In this document: positions 17,214 through 25,545 of the stretch, in pieces
Layout of the letters: every line of letters begins with the position of its first letter
Position numbering within the stretch: position 1 is the first letter of the stretch
Virus record (IMG/VR): IMGVR_UViG_3300030005_000006
Coordinates: 1-38,996 of that record
Reading direction: 5' to 3' (one strand)
Source: a virus
Taxonomy: Duplodnaviria; Caudoviricetes
DNA length: 38,996 bases
The notes under the pieces: model-generated
What the model was told of the DNA's origin: nothing
Databases searched by the model: none
What the model saw: only the letters and a program-made list of their open reading frames with translations
Made by a program: the position numbers and the translations under genes

Positions 17214-17405
17214 ATGGCTAAAGAATTTTATTGCCGCTATGGAAAGCACATGGCAAAAATTGAGGCAAAAATACACACGGCCAGGCAGGGCGACTACATT
17301 TGCTCAGATTGCGAAGAAACCCGGACAAAAGACTGGGTTAAAAGCCAGTTATTCACCCGCAGGCACAACGATAAACGTGACGGTTACTACACCGATGAAG
17401 ACTGA
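17214..17405 (+). CDS. Small Cys-rich protein (paralog 2)
   Basis: RQGDYICSDCE. Confidence 0.55.
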   Translation: MAKEFYCRYGKHMAKIEAKIHTARQGDYICSDCEETRTKDWVKSQLFTRRHNDKRDGYYTDED

Positions 17406-17580
17406 AGACAGTTTTGAGTTTGAGGGCGTTAAATACCAGGCCATTGAGCGTAAATCATGTATTGGCTGTGCGTTCGAAAAATACACGTATTGCCATAATT
17501 TCGAGGATCAACCGTATTGCATGGCCTCGATGCGCATGGATAACCGGAATGTGGTTTGGCAGATCGGGGAGGGCGTGTGA
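17395..17580 (+). CDS. Small Cys-rich phage protein
   Basis: SCIGCAF..C..C....R.D.RNVVW pattern. Confidence 0.6.
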   Translation: MKTEDSFEFEGVKYQAIERKSCIGCAFEKYTYCHNFEDQPYCMASMRMDNRNVVWQIGEGV

Positions 17581-17759
17581 CCGAACAAGACGATAAACTT
17601 TATCCTGTGTTTGAACTACTTGAAACGCGGCTCCTGGAAGGCTTTTACATCGGTAGAAATGACGGTATCTGGTGGCTGTTTAACCCCGATGGCGAGGGCC
17701 ATTGTTGCGGAAAAACCCTCAGAGAATTGTTTGTTAGTTTGATTTTGGTGGATTGCTGA
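17577..17759 (+). CDS. Hypothetical protein
   Basis: GTGA overlap with upstream gene, GGAGG RBS. Confidence 0.55.
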   Translation: MTEQDDKLYPVFELLETRLLEGFYIGRNDGIWWLFNPDGEGHCCGKTLRELFVSLILVDC

Positions 17760-17761
17760 CG

Positions 17762-18061
17762 ATGTTTATCCGTAAAGTGATCCTTGCCGACGGGCTAGAA
17801 TACGACCTTGAAGGTATCCGATCCCTCACTGAAATAGCCACCTTGCTAGGTGCTGACAGCTTATACATCGTCGCTCTTGATGATGGCATACACATTATGC
17901 TGTTTAACGATGAAGCGTATTCTTTGAAACTTCCGATAAATTATAAGGCAACCGAGATATGCAAACTAAAGGACACGACCAAACATTACACGATTCAGGG
18001 CGATGTGGTCATCATTCCAAACCGGGATTTAGACAGGGACACAGCAGCATGGACACCTTAG
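17762..18061 (+). CDS. Hypothetical phage protein (DUF3846-like)
   Basis: MLFNDE...LKLPINYKAT..IQGDVVI pattern. Confidence 0.55.
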   Translation: MFIRKVILADGLEYDLEGIRSLTEIATLLGADSLYIVALDDGIHIMLFNDEAYSLKLPINYKATEICKLKDTTKHYTIQGDVVIIPNRDLDRDTAAWTP

Positions 18062-18426
18062 TTTCCAACGAGGTTGTTTTGCCATGGCCCCCAAAGGAAT
18101 TGAGTCCGAACAGCCGTTGCCACTGGTACATCAAAGCCAAAACCGGCAAAGATTATAAGCGGGCTGTTTTTTATTTGTGCAAAGAAGCCGGATTGGTCAA
18201 TCCTGGCGGCGAAAAGGTACATCTAAGCCTCGATTTCTATCCACCCAGCAGACATGCTTACGATCAAGACAATTGTGTCGCCATGATGAAATTCGGCCAG
18301 GATTCGATAGCAGAATATTTGGGCATGAATGACCGGAATTTTATACCGCATTATTTTTATCACGGTTTTCAGGAAGATTTTAAGGGCAAGATCGTGGTTA
18401 AAATTACCGCCGAACCGGATTTATGA
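18049..18426 (+). CDS. RusA-like Holliday junction resolvase
   Basis: LPWPPKELSPN.R.HW..FYPP....D.DN....K...D. Confidence 0.8.
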   Translation: MDTLVSNEVVLPWPPKELSPNSRCHWYIKAKTGKDYKRAVFYLCKEAGLVNPGGEKVHLSLDFYPPSRHAYDQDNCVAMMKFGQDSIAEYLGMNDRNFIPHYFYHGFQEDFKGKIVVKITAEPDL

Positions 18427-18479
18427 CGGGCGGCTAAAAGCAGCGAAAATATAGACAAAACCAGCGAAAAAGTAACAAA

Positions 18480-18797
18480 ATGAGCGAAGTACTAATCAGC
18501 CGCAAAGAACTGTGCCATGTCACCGGCGTGAGCTATAACGAGTTGATCCAACAGTTCAGGAATAGGTTGTCAAAACCACCTGTTTGTATCGGGAAAGAGG
18601 GGAATAACCAGCTATATGACCGCGGTTATGCGCTGCAATGGGTCCATCACTGGCGCGCTGGCGCACATAAAAAAAGGCTGCAAGTGCAATCTCCAAAGCT
18701 GATGTTTTTGAACGTAAAACACAAAAAGACTAAAAAAACTGTACAAACTTTGGACAATCTGAAAAAAGCGTCCTATAGTCAACAAATTAGGGGATGA
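18480..18797 (+). CDS. Xis/MerR-like helix-turn-helix protein
   Basis: LISRKELCHVTGVSYNEL..LYD....QW. Confidence 0.55.
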   Translation: MSEVLISRKELCHVTGVSYNELIQQFRNRLSKPPVCIGKEGNNQLYDRGYALQWVHHWRAGAHKKRLQVQSPKLMFLNVKHKKTKKTVQTLDNLKKASYSQQIRG

Positions 18798-18852
18798 AAA
18801 ACGGTGTTTAATAACGTGTTATACACAGAAACTGTGGAAAACTTGGCGTAAA

Positions 18853-18945
18853 ATGAACTGGCTACTTTATTGCTTCGACCAGTGGGTGATTTGGTTTGTT
18901 ATTGCCGCCCTCATAATAACCGCTGCGTGGACGTTCAGCTGTTAG
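18853..18945 (+). CDS. 30-aa single-TM peptide (not in ORF track)
   Basis: MNWLLYCFDQWVIWFVIAALIITAAWTFSC immediately before the endolysin. Confidence 0.4.
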   Translation: MNWLLYCFDQWVIWFVIAALIITAAWTFSC

Positions 18946-18980
18946 TTTTTGAGGGTTCTAAAATACGGGGGAAAATATAA

Positions 18981-19391
18981 ATGAGCCGAAATATTAATGA
19001 TTTAGAGCCGCATGTTGCCGTGCTTTGTCATAAGTTTGTCGAGGAATGCGAGAAGCAGGGGATTATTGTGATAATCACTTCCACTTTTCGGTCTAACGAA
19101 GAACAAGCCGCTTTATACGCGATAGGCAGAACAAAACCGGGCAACCGTGTCACCAATGCCAAGCCGGGGCAATCTTTCCATAACCACAAGGTTGCCTTCG
19201 ATTTCTGCCCGATAGTCCACGGTAAAGCGGTTTGGAACAATGCGGAATTGTTTACCAAATGCGGCATAATAGGCGAGAAACTTGGGCTTGAATGGTCGGG
19301 CCGTTTCAAAATGTTTCGCGAGAGTGCCCATTTTCAGCTAACGGGCGGCCTAACCCTGGCCGACTTCCAGGCCGGTAAAAAATTGGCATGA
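18981..19391 (+). CDS. Endolysin, M15-family L-Ala-D-Glu peptidase
   Basis: FRSNEEQAALYAIGRT.PG..VTNA.PGQS.HN..AFD..LEWSG..E..HFQ. Confidence 0.9.
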   Translation: MSRNINDLEPHVAVLCHKFVEECEKQGIIVIITSTFRSNEEQAALYAIGRTKPGNRVTNAKPGQSFHNHKVAFDFCPIVHGKAVWNNAELFTKCGIIGEKLGLEWSGRFKMFRESAHFQLTGGLTLADFQAGKKLA

Positions 19392-19597
19392 AACCCGATA
19401 AGCTAATCCACCTGCATAAGATGATTTTATATAATTTCGATGTGATTGTCGAATGGATTTTCCAAAATGACACAGTGCATTTGACCGCTGTAAAATTTCA
19501 AGTGTGTGGAAGCCATAATTTAATACGGTTTATGTCTGCGAATGTGTTTAAAAATATCGTTAATGATATTGAAAAGGAGGTATTGACAAGTCAATGA
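19388..19597 (+). CDS. Hypothetical protein
   Basis: ATGA overlaps on both sides. Confidence 0.55.
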   Translation: MKPDKLIHLHKMILYNFDVIVEWIFQNDTVHLTAVKFQVCGSHNLIRFMSANVFKNIVNDIEKEVLTSQ

Positions 19598-19719
19598 CCT
19601 TCAATTCAGCCATGCGAAAATGTAATAAGCTCTTCGCGGCAGCGGTCATAGTCGGCGTATTCGTGCTATTTGTCATGGCTATTTTCGGGGCGCTTGCGGT
19701 GTCAGCTCTATCGGGTTAA
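19594..19719 (+). CDS. 41-aa single-TM peptide (not in ORF track)
   Basis: MTFNSAMRKCNKLFAAAVIVGVFVLFVMAIFGALAVSALSG; AAGGAGG upstream; fills the gap to mor. Confidence 0.5.
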   Translation: MTFNSAMRKCNKLFAAAVIVGVFVLFVMAIFGALAVSALSG

Positions 19720-19721
19720 AA

Positions 19722-20087
19722 ATGATGGGGATTCCAAAATCAATTAATGAACTGATTGCCTTGATCGGCGAACCGGACACCTTGGCGCTGGTCAAACTAC
19801 ATGGCGGAAGCACGCTGTTTTTTGCTAAAAACAAGGCGGGTTACTTAGGTATCAGTAGCGAGGCCAGCACTAAACTATACTCACTCTATGTCGGCTGTTA
19901 TCTGTTTATCCCCCGTTGCCACCACGCCTTGTTGGATGCACGCAATAGTCAGATAAAATGCGACAAAAACAACGGGACACCGGTAAAAACACTGGCCAGG
20001 AAGTTTAACCTGACTGACAGGCAAATAATTAATATCTGTGGGTTAGAGCCTAACCGCAACAGCCCACAACTGGATTTGTTTAGTTGA
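19722..20087 (+). CDS. mor: Mor/C-family late transcription activator
   Basis: LIG....LV..HGG..LFIPRC..RN..I..LARKFNLTDRQI..I, C-terminal QLDLF. Confidence 0.85.
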   Translation: MMGIPKSINELIALIGEPDTLALVKLHGGSTLFFAKNKAGYLGISSEASTKLYSLYVGCYLFIPRCHHALLDARNSQIKCDKNNGTPVKTLARKFNLTDRQIINICGLEPNRNSPQLDLFS

Positions 20088-20130
20088 AGGCGTCCACCAC
20101 AGGGTTAACAGGCTTGAGTCGTGGTAGGTT
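20085..20130 (+). promoter_or_regulatory. Putative Mor-activated late promoter for the terminase operon
   Basis: TGAAggcgtcCACC resembles the core of the 29002-29023 palindrome; -10 TAGGTT 20125-20130; no consensus -35. Confidence 0.5.
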
Positions 20131-20136
20131 ATTGTT

Positions 20137-20523
20137 ATGGCCAAAAAGAAAAAATTAGATGCAGTCGGCATTGAGGTAGTCTGCAATCAGATAGGCGAAG
20201 CCATGCCTATGAGGGAAATAGCAAAAAAAAATAACGTGAGTGAGGCGGTTCTTTATGACTATTTAAATTGCCATCCAGAGCACTACGCGCGCGCGCGAGA
20301 AAAAAAAGCAGAAACATTGGTAGATCAACTTTTAGAAATTGCTGATAATCCAACAGGTGATTTTCAGCGCGACCGGCTGCGCTTGGATACAAGAAAGTGG
20401 TTGTCTTCAAAAATGTTTCCCAGATTTTATGGTGATAAACTGGCCACTGAACACAGCGGCCCCAATGGCGATCCGATCAAGATTGATGTTATCGAGTGGG
20501 TGGTAAAATCCAATGAGGATTAG
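20137..20523 (+). CDS. terS: Terminase small subunit (Sf6/P22-like)
   Basis: YARARE..LLEIAD..RDRLRLDTRKWL.SKM.P..YGDK..EHSGPNG.PI. Confidence 0.88.
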   Translation: MAKKKKLDAVGIEVVCNQIGEAMPMREIAKKNNVSEAVLYDYLNCHPEHYARAREKKAETLVDQLLEIADNPTGDFQRDRLRLDTRKWLSSKMFPRFYGDKLATEHSGPNGDPIKIDVIEWVVKSNED

Positions 20524-21730
20524 CTATCCGCCGGTTTTTAAACCCTTGCTGGCGCCCGCCCGCTACCTTGGCTCGTGGGGTGGAAGGGGTAGCGCCAAGA
20601 GCCACCACTTCGCCACCATGATGATTGCCAGGCACTTACAAAAAAAGACGGATTCTGTCTGCATACGTGAAATACAGGGATCCTTGAAAGAATCGGTCAA
20701 GCGCCTGCTGGAAAAAAAAATAGAGCAAATGGGCGTAGGCTCCCTGTTTACCGTGCTGGATAATGTCATACGATGCCACAATGGCGGACAGATCATCTTC
20801 TCAGGAATGCAGAACCACACGGCAGAATCCATTAAAAGTTTAGAGGGCTATGATATTGCGTGGGTAGAAGAAGCACAAAGCCTCAGCAACCGGTCACTGG
20901 ACTTATTACGGCCCACCATCAGAAAGCCAGGCAGTCAGTTGTGGTTTTCATGGAACCCCAACAAGCCCAGTGACCCGATAGACCGCTTGTTACGCGGGGA
21001 AAATCCGCCCAAGGACGCCATTGTTGTCAAGGCGAATTACTCAGACAACCCCTGGTTCCCTGATGTGCTACGCGATGAAATGATCATGGATCAGCAACGC
21101 GACCCCGATAAATACGCCCATGTCTGGCTGGGTGAGTATCAAAGCGTGTCCGATGCCCAAGTGCTCAAGGGCAAGGTCAGCATCGATTCATTTATCCCTA
21201 AGGAATACTGGGACGGCCCCTACTTTGGCGCTGACTGGGGCTTTAGCACCGACCCCACCACGCTGGTTAAATGCTGGATACATGACGACTATCTTTACAT
21301 CGAACATGAAGCCTATGGTGTTGGCGTGGAGATCGACCACACGCCGGCGCTATTCAGAACCGTACCCGGTGCAGAAGACCATGTTATCCGTGCCGATAGT
21401 GCCCGCCCTGAAACGATTAGTTATATGCGCCGTGCCGGGTTTAATATCCGGGGCGCGGTCAAGGGCAAGGGCAGTGTAGAGGAGGGCGTGATGCACCTGA
21501 GAAGCTACCGAAAAATCATCATTCATCCGCGTTGCGTCCATGCCATTGAAGAATCCCGGCTCTATCGCTATAAAACAGATAGGTTGAGTGGTGACATTTT
21601 GCCCGAGCTGGTGGATGCAGACCAACATTGCATCGATGCAATACGTTATAGCCTTGAGCCTATCATACACAGAGGCCTAAGCGGACACAGCATAACCACA
21701 TCAACCATTACGCCCATTACTGCCTGGTAA
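20513..21730 (+). CDS. terL: Terminase large subunit, PBSX family
   Basis: Walker A GGRGSAKS, Walker B AWVEEA, nuclease GADWGF..DP, HCIDAIRY. Confidence 0.95.
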   Translation: MRISYPPVFKPLLAPARYLGSWGGRGSAKSHHFATMMIARHLQKKTDSVCIREIQGSLKESVKRLLEKKIEQMGVGSLFTVLDNVIRCHNGGQIIFSGMQNHTAESIKSLEGYDIAWVEEAQSLSNRSLDLLRPTIRKPGSQLWFSWNPNKPSDPIDRLLRGENPPKDAIVVKANYSDNPWFPDVLRDEMIMDQQRDPDKYAHVWLGEYQSVSDAQVLKGKVSIDSFIPKEYWDGPYFGADWGFSTDPTTLVKCWIHDDYLYIEHEAYGVGVEIDHTPALFRTVPGAEDHVIRADSARPETISYMRRAGFNIRGAVKGKGSVEEGVMHLRSYRKIIIHPRCVHAIEESRLYRYKTDRLSGDILPELVDADQHCIDAIRYSLEPIIHRGLSGHSITTSTITPITAW

Positions 21731-21735
21731 TCACC

Positions 21736-23226
21736 ATGACGCCAAAATCACAAGCCATCAACCCCCTCATGCAGCGCGAAATAGCGCAGCATTACCCATC
21801 GACCAGTATAACGGCTATCTTAAACCTACTTAGCCAGGCTGAAGCGGGGTACCTGACAGCACAAGCCGAGCTGTTTACCGATATGGAAGAGCGTGACGCT
21901 CACATCTATGCGGAAATGACCAAGCGTAAAATGGCCGTCGCCCAGTTAGACTGGTCGCTTAAACCCAACCGCAGCGCAGGCGCACGGGAGAAAAGGGCGG
22001 TGATGGATTTGGAAGAGCTGATCAAAGACACCTTCGATATTGAGACCCTGGTGTTTGATATGGCGAATGCGATCGGCCACGGCTTCATGGCGCTGGAACT
22101 GCAATGGGGACGCGATGCTACCGGCTTTTGGATGCCAAAAACGTTTAACCCACGCCCGACGCGCTGGTTTACCGTCGATCAAGCCACTCGCCAAAACTTG
22201 CGTTTACGGGATAACCAGTCCATTGATGGCGTGGAACTCGTCCAATACGGCTGGATCGTCCACGAGCATAGCAGCAAAACCACCGGAGAACCGGGCACTC
22301 AAGGGCTTTACCGCGCCTTGGCATTGCCTTATCTGTTCAAGAATTTCGCCACCAAAAATTGGTTACGCTTTTGTGAACTGTATGCCGTCCCGATTCGGGT
22401 CTTGTTCCATCACGAAAAGGATGAGGGTAAAAAACAGGCGATCTTATATTCCTTGCAGGCCATGGGCCAAAACGGCGTGGCCTTGCTGGAAGGTGGCACT
22501 CAGGATGATTTGAAAACCGTCGATTCAGCCACCGGCGAAGGCCAGGGCTTTTTAAACCTGATTCAATGGTGCGAGGCCTCGGTCTCAAAAGCCATCCTGG
22601 GTGGTACCTTAACCAGCGATACCGGGCGCAATGGCAACTATGCCACCGCCTCTATTCATGATGAAGTGCGTAACGAGATTAGAGACCATGATGCCAAACA
22701 GATAGCCGAAACCTTAACCAATCAGTTAATTGGCGCGATTATTGCCGTCAATGGCCTGAATTTTAGCTGTAAATGGACTTTTGACACCCAACAATCGGCT
22801 GATTTGGCGCTTTGTGCCGATGCTTTTCCAAAACTGGTGGCGATGGGCTTAAAAATCCCCGCCAGCTATTTCTACGACAAGTTAAAAATCCCGATGCCTG
22901 AAGCGGGGGAAGAGGTTATTAGCGCACCGGTAGCGCCCACTGCCGCACCTACACCCGCCTTATCGGCGTTAGCGGCCTTACCTAAGCCCATGTTTACGCC
23001 ACAACAGCAAGTCATCGAAGATTTAGCCGACAGTCTGTTAAATGCCCAGGGCAGCCCGATCAACAGCGATTTAATCGCCTCTGCTATCCGTGCCGCTACT
23101 GATCCGCAGGATTTGGAGGAACGGCTGGCTGCTATCCTGGTTGATACCGATACCAGCGAGTTTAGCGATACGCTGGCTAAAGCCCTGTTTGCGGCTGATG
23201 TGATGGGATATGTCCATGCGGGTTAG
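21736..23226 (+). CDS. Portal protein, Mu gp29/DUF935 family
   Basis: LFTDMEERDAHI..KRK.AV..W..FCELY..P..SKAILGGTLTS..H.EVR. Confidence 0.92.
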   Translation: MTPKSQAINPLMQREIAQHYPSTSITAILNLLSQAEAGYLTAQAELFTDMEERDAHIYAEMTKRKMAVAQLDWSLKPNRSAGAREKRAVMDLEELIKDTFDIETLVFDMANAIGHGFMALELQWGRDATGFWMPKTFNPRPTRWFTVDQATRQNLRLRDNQSIDGVELVQYGWIVHEHSSKTTGEPGTQGLYRALALPYLFKNFATKNWLRFCELYAVPIRVLFHHEKDEGKKQAILYSLQAMGQNGVALLEGGTQDDLKTVDSATGEGQGFLNLIQWCEASVSKAILGGTLTSDTGRNGNYATASIHDEVRNEIRDHDAKQIAETLTNQLIGAIIAVNGLNFSCKWTFDTQQSADLALCADAFPKLVAMGLKIPASYFYDKLKIPMPEAGEEVISAPVAPTAAPTPALSALAALPKPMFTPQQQVIEDLADSLLNAQGSPINSDLIASAIRAATDPQDLEERLAAILVDTDTSEFSDTLAKALFAADVMGYVHAG

Positions 23227-23229
23227 GCG

Positions 23230-24480
23230 ATGAGCGAACCGTTATCAATATCGCTTAACACCCCATTTTTTCAGGCCATAAAGGCGGCGCAAAACAGGGG
23301 CGTTGTTTTACCAGAATTATATTATTCTGCTGCGTATCAGGGCATTGCCCGCCAGCTGGCCTTCAGCATTGCCGGAATAACCAGCCTTGACCAGTTAACG
23401 GTCGTCAGGGATTCCCTAGCCGCCGCCCTGCAGAGTGGTGAATCCCTCGCTACCTGGCGTAAAAACATCCTTGAATCGGGCACGCTGGACTTGCCTAAAT
23501 ACCGGCTAAACACCATTTTCAGGACGAACATACAGTCAAATTACAATCGTGGGCGCTGGCAGCGCTTCGAAGCCGTAAAAGCCACGCGGCCTTATTTGAT
23601 GCTAGACGCGATAAATGACAATCGCGTCAGACCAGCCCACCTTGCCCTCGATGGCATTATCAGGCCGGTAGATGACCCCTTCTGGAATACCCACAGCCCA
23701 AGCTTAGGTTTCAATTGCCGATGTCGATTAATTTCGATGTCAGAAGCCCAAGCCAAAGCCCGCTCAGGCGATGGCAAAGGCTTAAACAAGCCCATCGATC
23801 TTGAGGCTATGCAGCCAGATAAAGGCTGGGATTATAATCCGGGCAAGGAGCCGATGGAGGGGATTAAACGGGCGATAAACAACAAACAATCGCAATGTAA
23901 CGGGACATTTACAGCCTTGGCGGCAGGGGGAAAGAGCCGATATACTAAGCCTATTTGGTGCCATGGCGATGGGGAAAATATTTTAAATATGCTGTCAGTC
24001 GGCTTGGATATTCAAAAAGAAATGCCGCCACCTAAGCAAGTTGATTTTCAGGTATTCGACAAGGGCAAGGATGATCGTTTTTATTTAACCCAGTTCATGC
24101 AGCAGTTTGGAGCGGCTTATAATGAGCAGGTCATTGTTGAGGCTAAAACAGGTCTTCATCAATTATTAGTTTCTGATGAATTGTTTTCTAACCATAAAAG
24201 TGGCGATTCAAAAATAACCAAGCATGGGCGTGAACAATACGTACTGCATATCGCAGATACTATTCTTAACCCCGCTGAAATATGGTTAAAAACCGGTAAA
24301 TATGAAGATAATGCGCTTTATTTTTTATCGCGCTTTTTGATTAAAAAAGACATCATGAATGTATTGGCCGTTTTTAGGCAAACAGGGAAGGTGTGGACAG
24401 GTTGGACGGGTTATCAAAACTTTCGTTCTGATTACTTTGAATCAAAGCGCGATGGTGCTTTAATTTATCGAAATGATTGA
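23230..24480 (+). CDS. MuF (Mu gp30/gpF) minor head protein with C-terminal PBECR2-like nuclease domain
   Basis: RLNTIFRTN..D.RVRP.H..DDPFW..GFNCRC MuF core; C-terminus VSDELF..KITKHGREQY..ADTI.NP.EIW..W.GWT..R.G.LIYR. Confidence 0.85.
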   Translation: MSEPLSISLNTPFFQAIKAAQNRGVVLPELYYSAAYQGIARQLAFSIAGITSLDQLTVVRDSLAAALQSGESLATWRKNILESGTLDLPKYRLNTIFRTNIQSNYNRGRWQRFEAVKATRPYLMLDAINDNRVRPAHLALDGIIRPVDDPFWNTHSPSLGFNCRCRLISMSEAQAKARSGDGKGLNKPIDLEAMQPDKGWDYNPGKEPMEGIKRAINNKQSQCNGTFTALAAGGKSRYTKPIWCHGDGENILNMLSVGLDIQKEMPPPKQVDFQVFDKGKDDRFYLTQFMQQFGAAYNEQVIVEAKTGLHQLLVSDELFSNHKSGDSKITKHGREQYVLHIADTILNPAEIWLKTGKYEDNALYFLSRFLIKKDIMNVLAVFRQTGKVWTGWTGYQNFRSDYFESKRDGALIYRND

Positions 24481-24484
24481 ATGT

Positions 24485-24566
24485 GCAATGCGCCTAGACA
24501 TCTGGCGCACTGCCCGATTGGTTCCTGATCAGGTTGATGTCAACATCGTCGATCAATCGTTACGGG
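24485..24566 (-). ncRNA. Putative structured small RNA convergent on the muF 3' end
   Basis: Own promoter; multibranch 5' domain and a 10-bp 3' hairpin that pairs better on the minus strand (G-U rather than A/C). Confidence 0.6.
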
Positions 24567-24570
24567 TTAA

Positions 24571-24599
24571 ATAATAAATTGAAAACAGCACATTGTCAA
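24571..24599 (-). promoter_or_regulatory. Near-consensus sigma70 promoter for the small RNA
   Basis: TTGACA(24599-24594)-17-TATTAT(24576-24571). Confidence 0.75.
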
Positions 24600-25012
24600 T
24601 GATCATCCAGATAGAAACCGCCGCCGTAGACCTCGCCTTACAGCAGTTAAGCCAGCGCCTGACGCACATGGAACCGGTTATGACCGACATCGGCGAACAC
24701 GTCGCCAGTTTGGTAGACCTGACCTTTACCGATGCCGCAGACCCTTACGGCTCGCCTTGGTTGCCACTCAAAAAACCCCGTAAAGATGGCAGTTCCAAAC
24801 CCTTGAATGACACTGGACGGCTAAAAGGCTCCATCACCTCGAACGCCAGCGCCCTGGAAGCAATTATTGGTACTAACGTGGCCTATGGCAAGTACCACCA
24901 GCTAGGCTTGGGCTCGCCCCAACGCGCCTTTTTGCCCACTCAAGAGGGCGGGCTTCCAGAGAGTTGGGAGCGTGAGGTATTGGATATTATTCACCGGTAT
25001 CTGGTGACATAA
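24593..25012 (+). CDS. Virion morphogenesis protein (Mu gpG-like)
   Basis: M..IGE..F....DP.G.PW.PL..L.DTGRL..SI..IGTNV.Y..YHQ.G..P.R.FL. Confidence 0.88.
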   Translation: MSMIIQIETAAVDLALQQLSQRLTHMEPVMTDIGEHVASLVDLTFTDAADPYGSPWLPLKKPRKDGSSKPLNDTGRLKGSITSNASALEAIIGTNVAYGKYHQLGLGSPQRAFLPTQEGGLPESWEREVLDIIHRYLVT

Positions 25013-25040
25013 TAAATAAATCACAGTATGCGTGTGTTGT

Positions 25041-25322
25041 TTATTTCAACATTTCTTTGCATGTGGCTGGATTATAGGTATGTGCAAAATTGCCAAGTGA
25101 GTAATCATTTGCCTTGTTACAAACAAACTTTTTACCGTGACATTCTGCGAAATATTCTGTTACAAGTGCATTTCTGTGATATTCCCAACTGGATACCGTT
25201 ATTTCGCTTGACGGGCAGCCGATAGCACTAGAAGAAAAATCAGCTAGTATTTTTTCTGGTGGAAGTACAGAGCAGCCAGTTAATGCCATTATTGCCAAAA
25301 TTAATGCGATTAGATTAGACAT
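25041..25322 (-). CDS. Small lipoprotein (moron; candidate superinfection exclusion)
   Basis: Lipobox LTGC after a hydrophobic signal; four more Cys; AGGAG RBS; antisense to the late operon. Confidence 0.78.
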   Translation of the reverse strand: MSNLIALILAIMALTGCSVLPPEKILADFSSSAIGCPSSEITVSSWEYHRNALVTEYFAECHGKKFVCNKANDYSLGNFAHTYNPATCKEMLK

Positions 25323-25363
25323 TTCTGTCTCCTGTGCTTTTTATCAAGAAAGCTCCCGAAGGA

Positions 25364-25431
25364 GAGTTAGGAGGTTGATAACAGTCACAAGTCTGCGTTA
25401 GATATTGGTTATTCTCTAACCCTCCTAACTC
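25364..25431 (-). ncRNA. C4-type antisense RNA
   Basis: 11-bp closing stem GAGTTAGGAGG/CCTCCTAACTC; unpaired CTTGTGA and TTATCAA complementary to upstream and downstream target pairs. Confidence 0.8.
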
Positions 25432-25451
25432 AAAACTAAAATCGTAGACAT

Positions 25452-25504
25452 AAAAAAACCGCTTTCTTTCGGGTGCGGTTTCCGCTTGTGATGAGGTTAT
25501 CAAG
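25452..25504 (-). promoter_or_regulatory. c4 a1b1-type leader: target sites plus conditional terminator
   Basis: TTGATAA and TCACAAG, then AACCGC-N12-GCGGTT-T tract on the minus strand. Confidence 0.7.
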
Positions 25505-25516
25505 CCTCTAAGGTAT

Positions 25517-25545
25517 AGATTAGTTTAGTTTCCGGCGGCTGTCAA
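25517..25545 (-). promoter_or_regulatory. sigma70 promoter of the C4/lipoprotein unit
   Basis: TTGACA(25545-25540)-17-TAATCT(25522-25517). Confidence 0.72.

Noticed and set aside
25315-25503. 62-aa ORF across the C4 region
   Set aside because: TTG start within the leader and fully overlapping the RNA elements; better explained as RNA, although a leader peptide cannot be excluded
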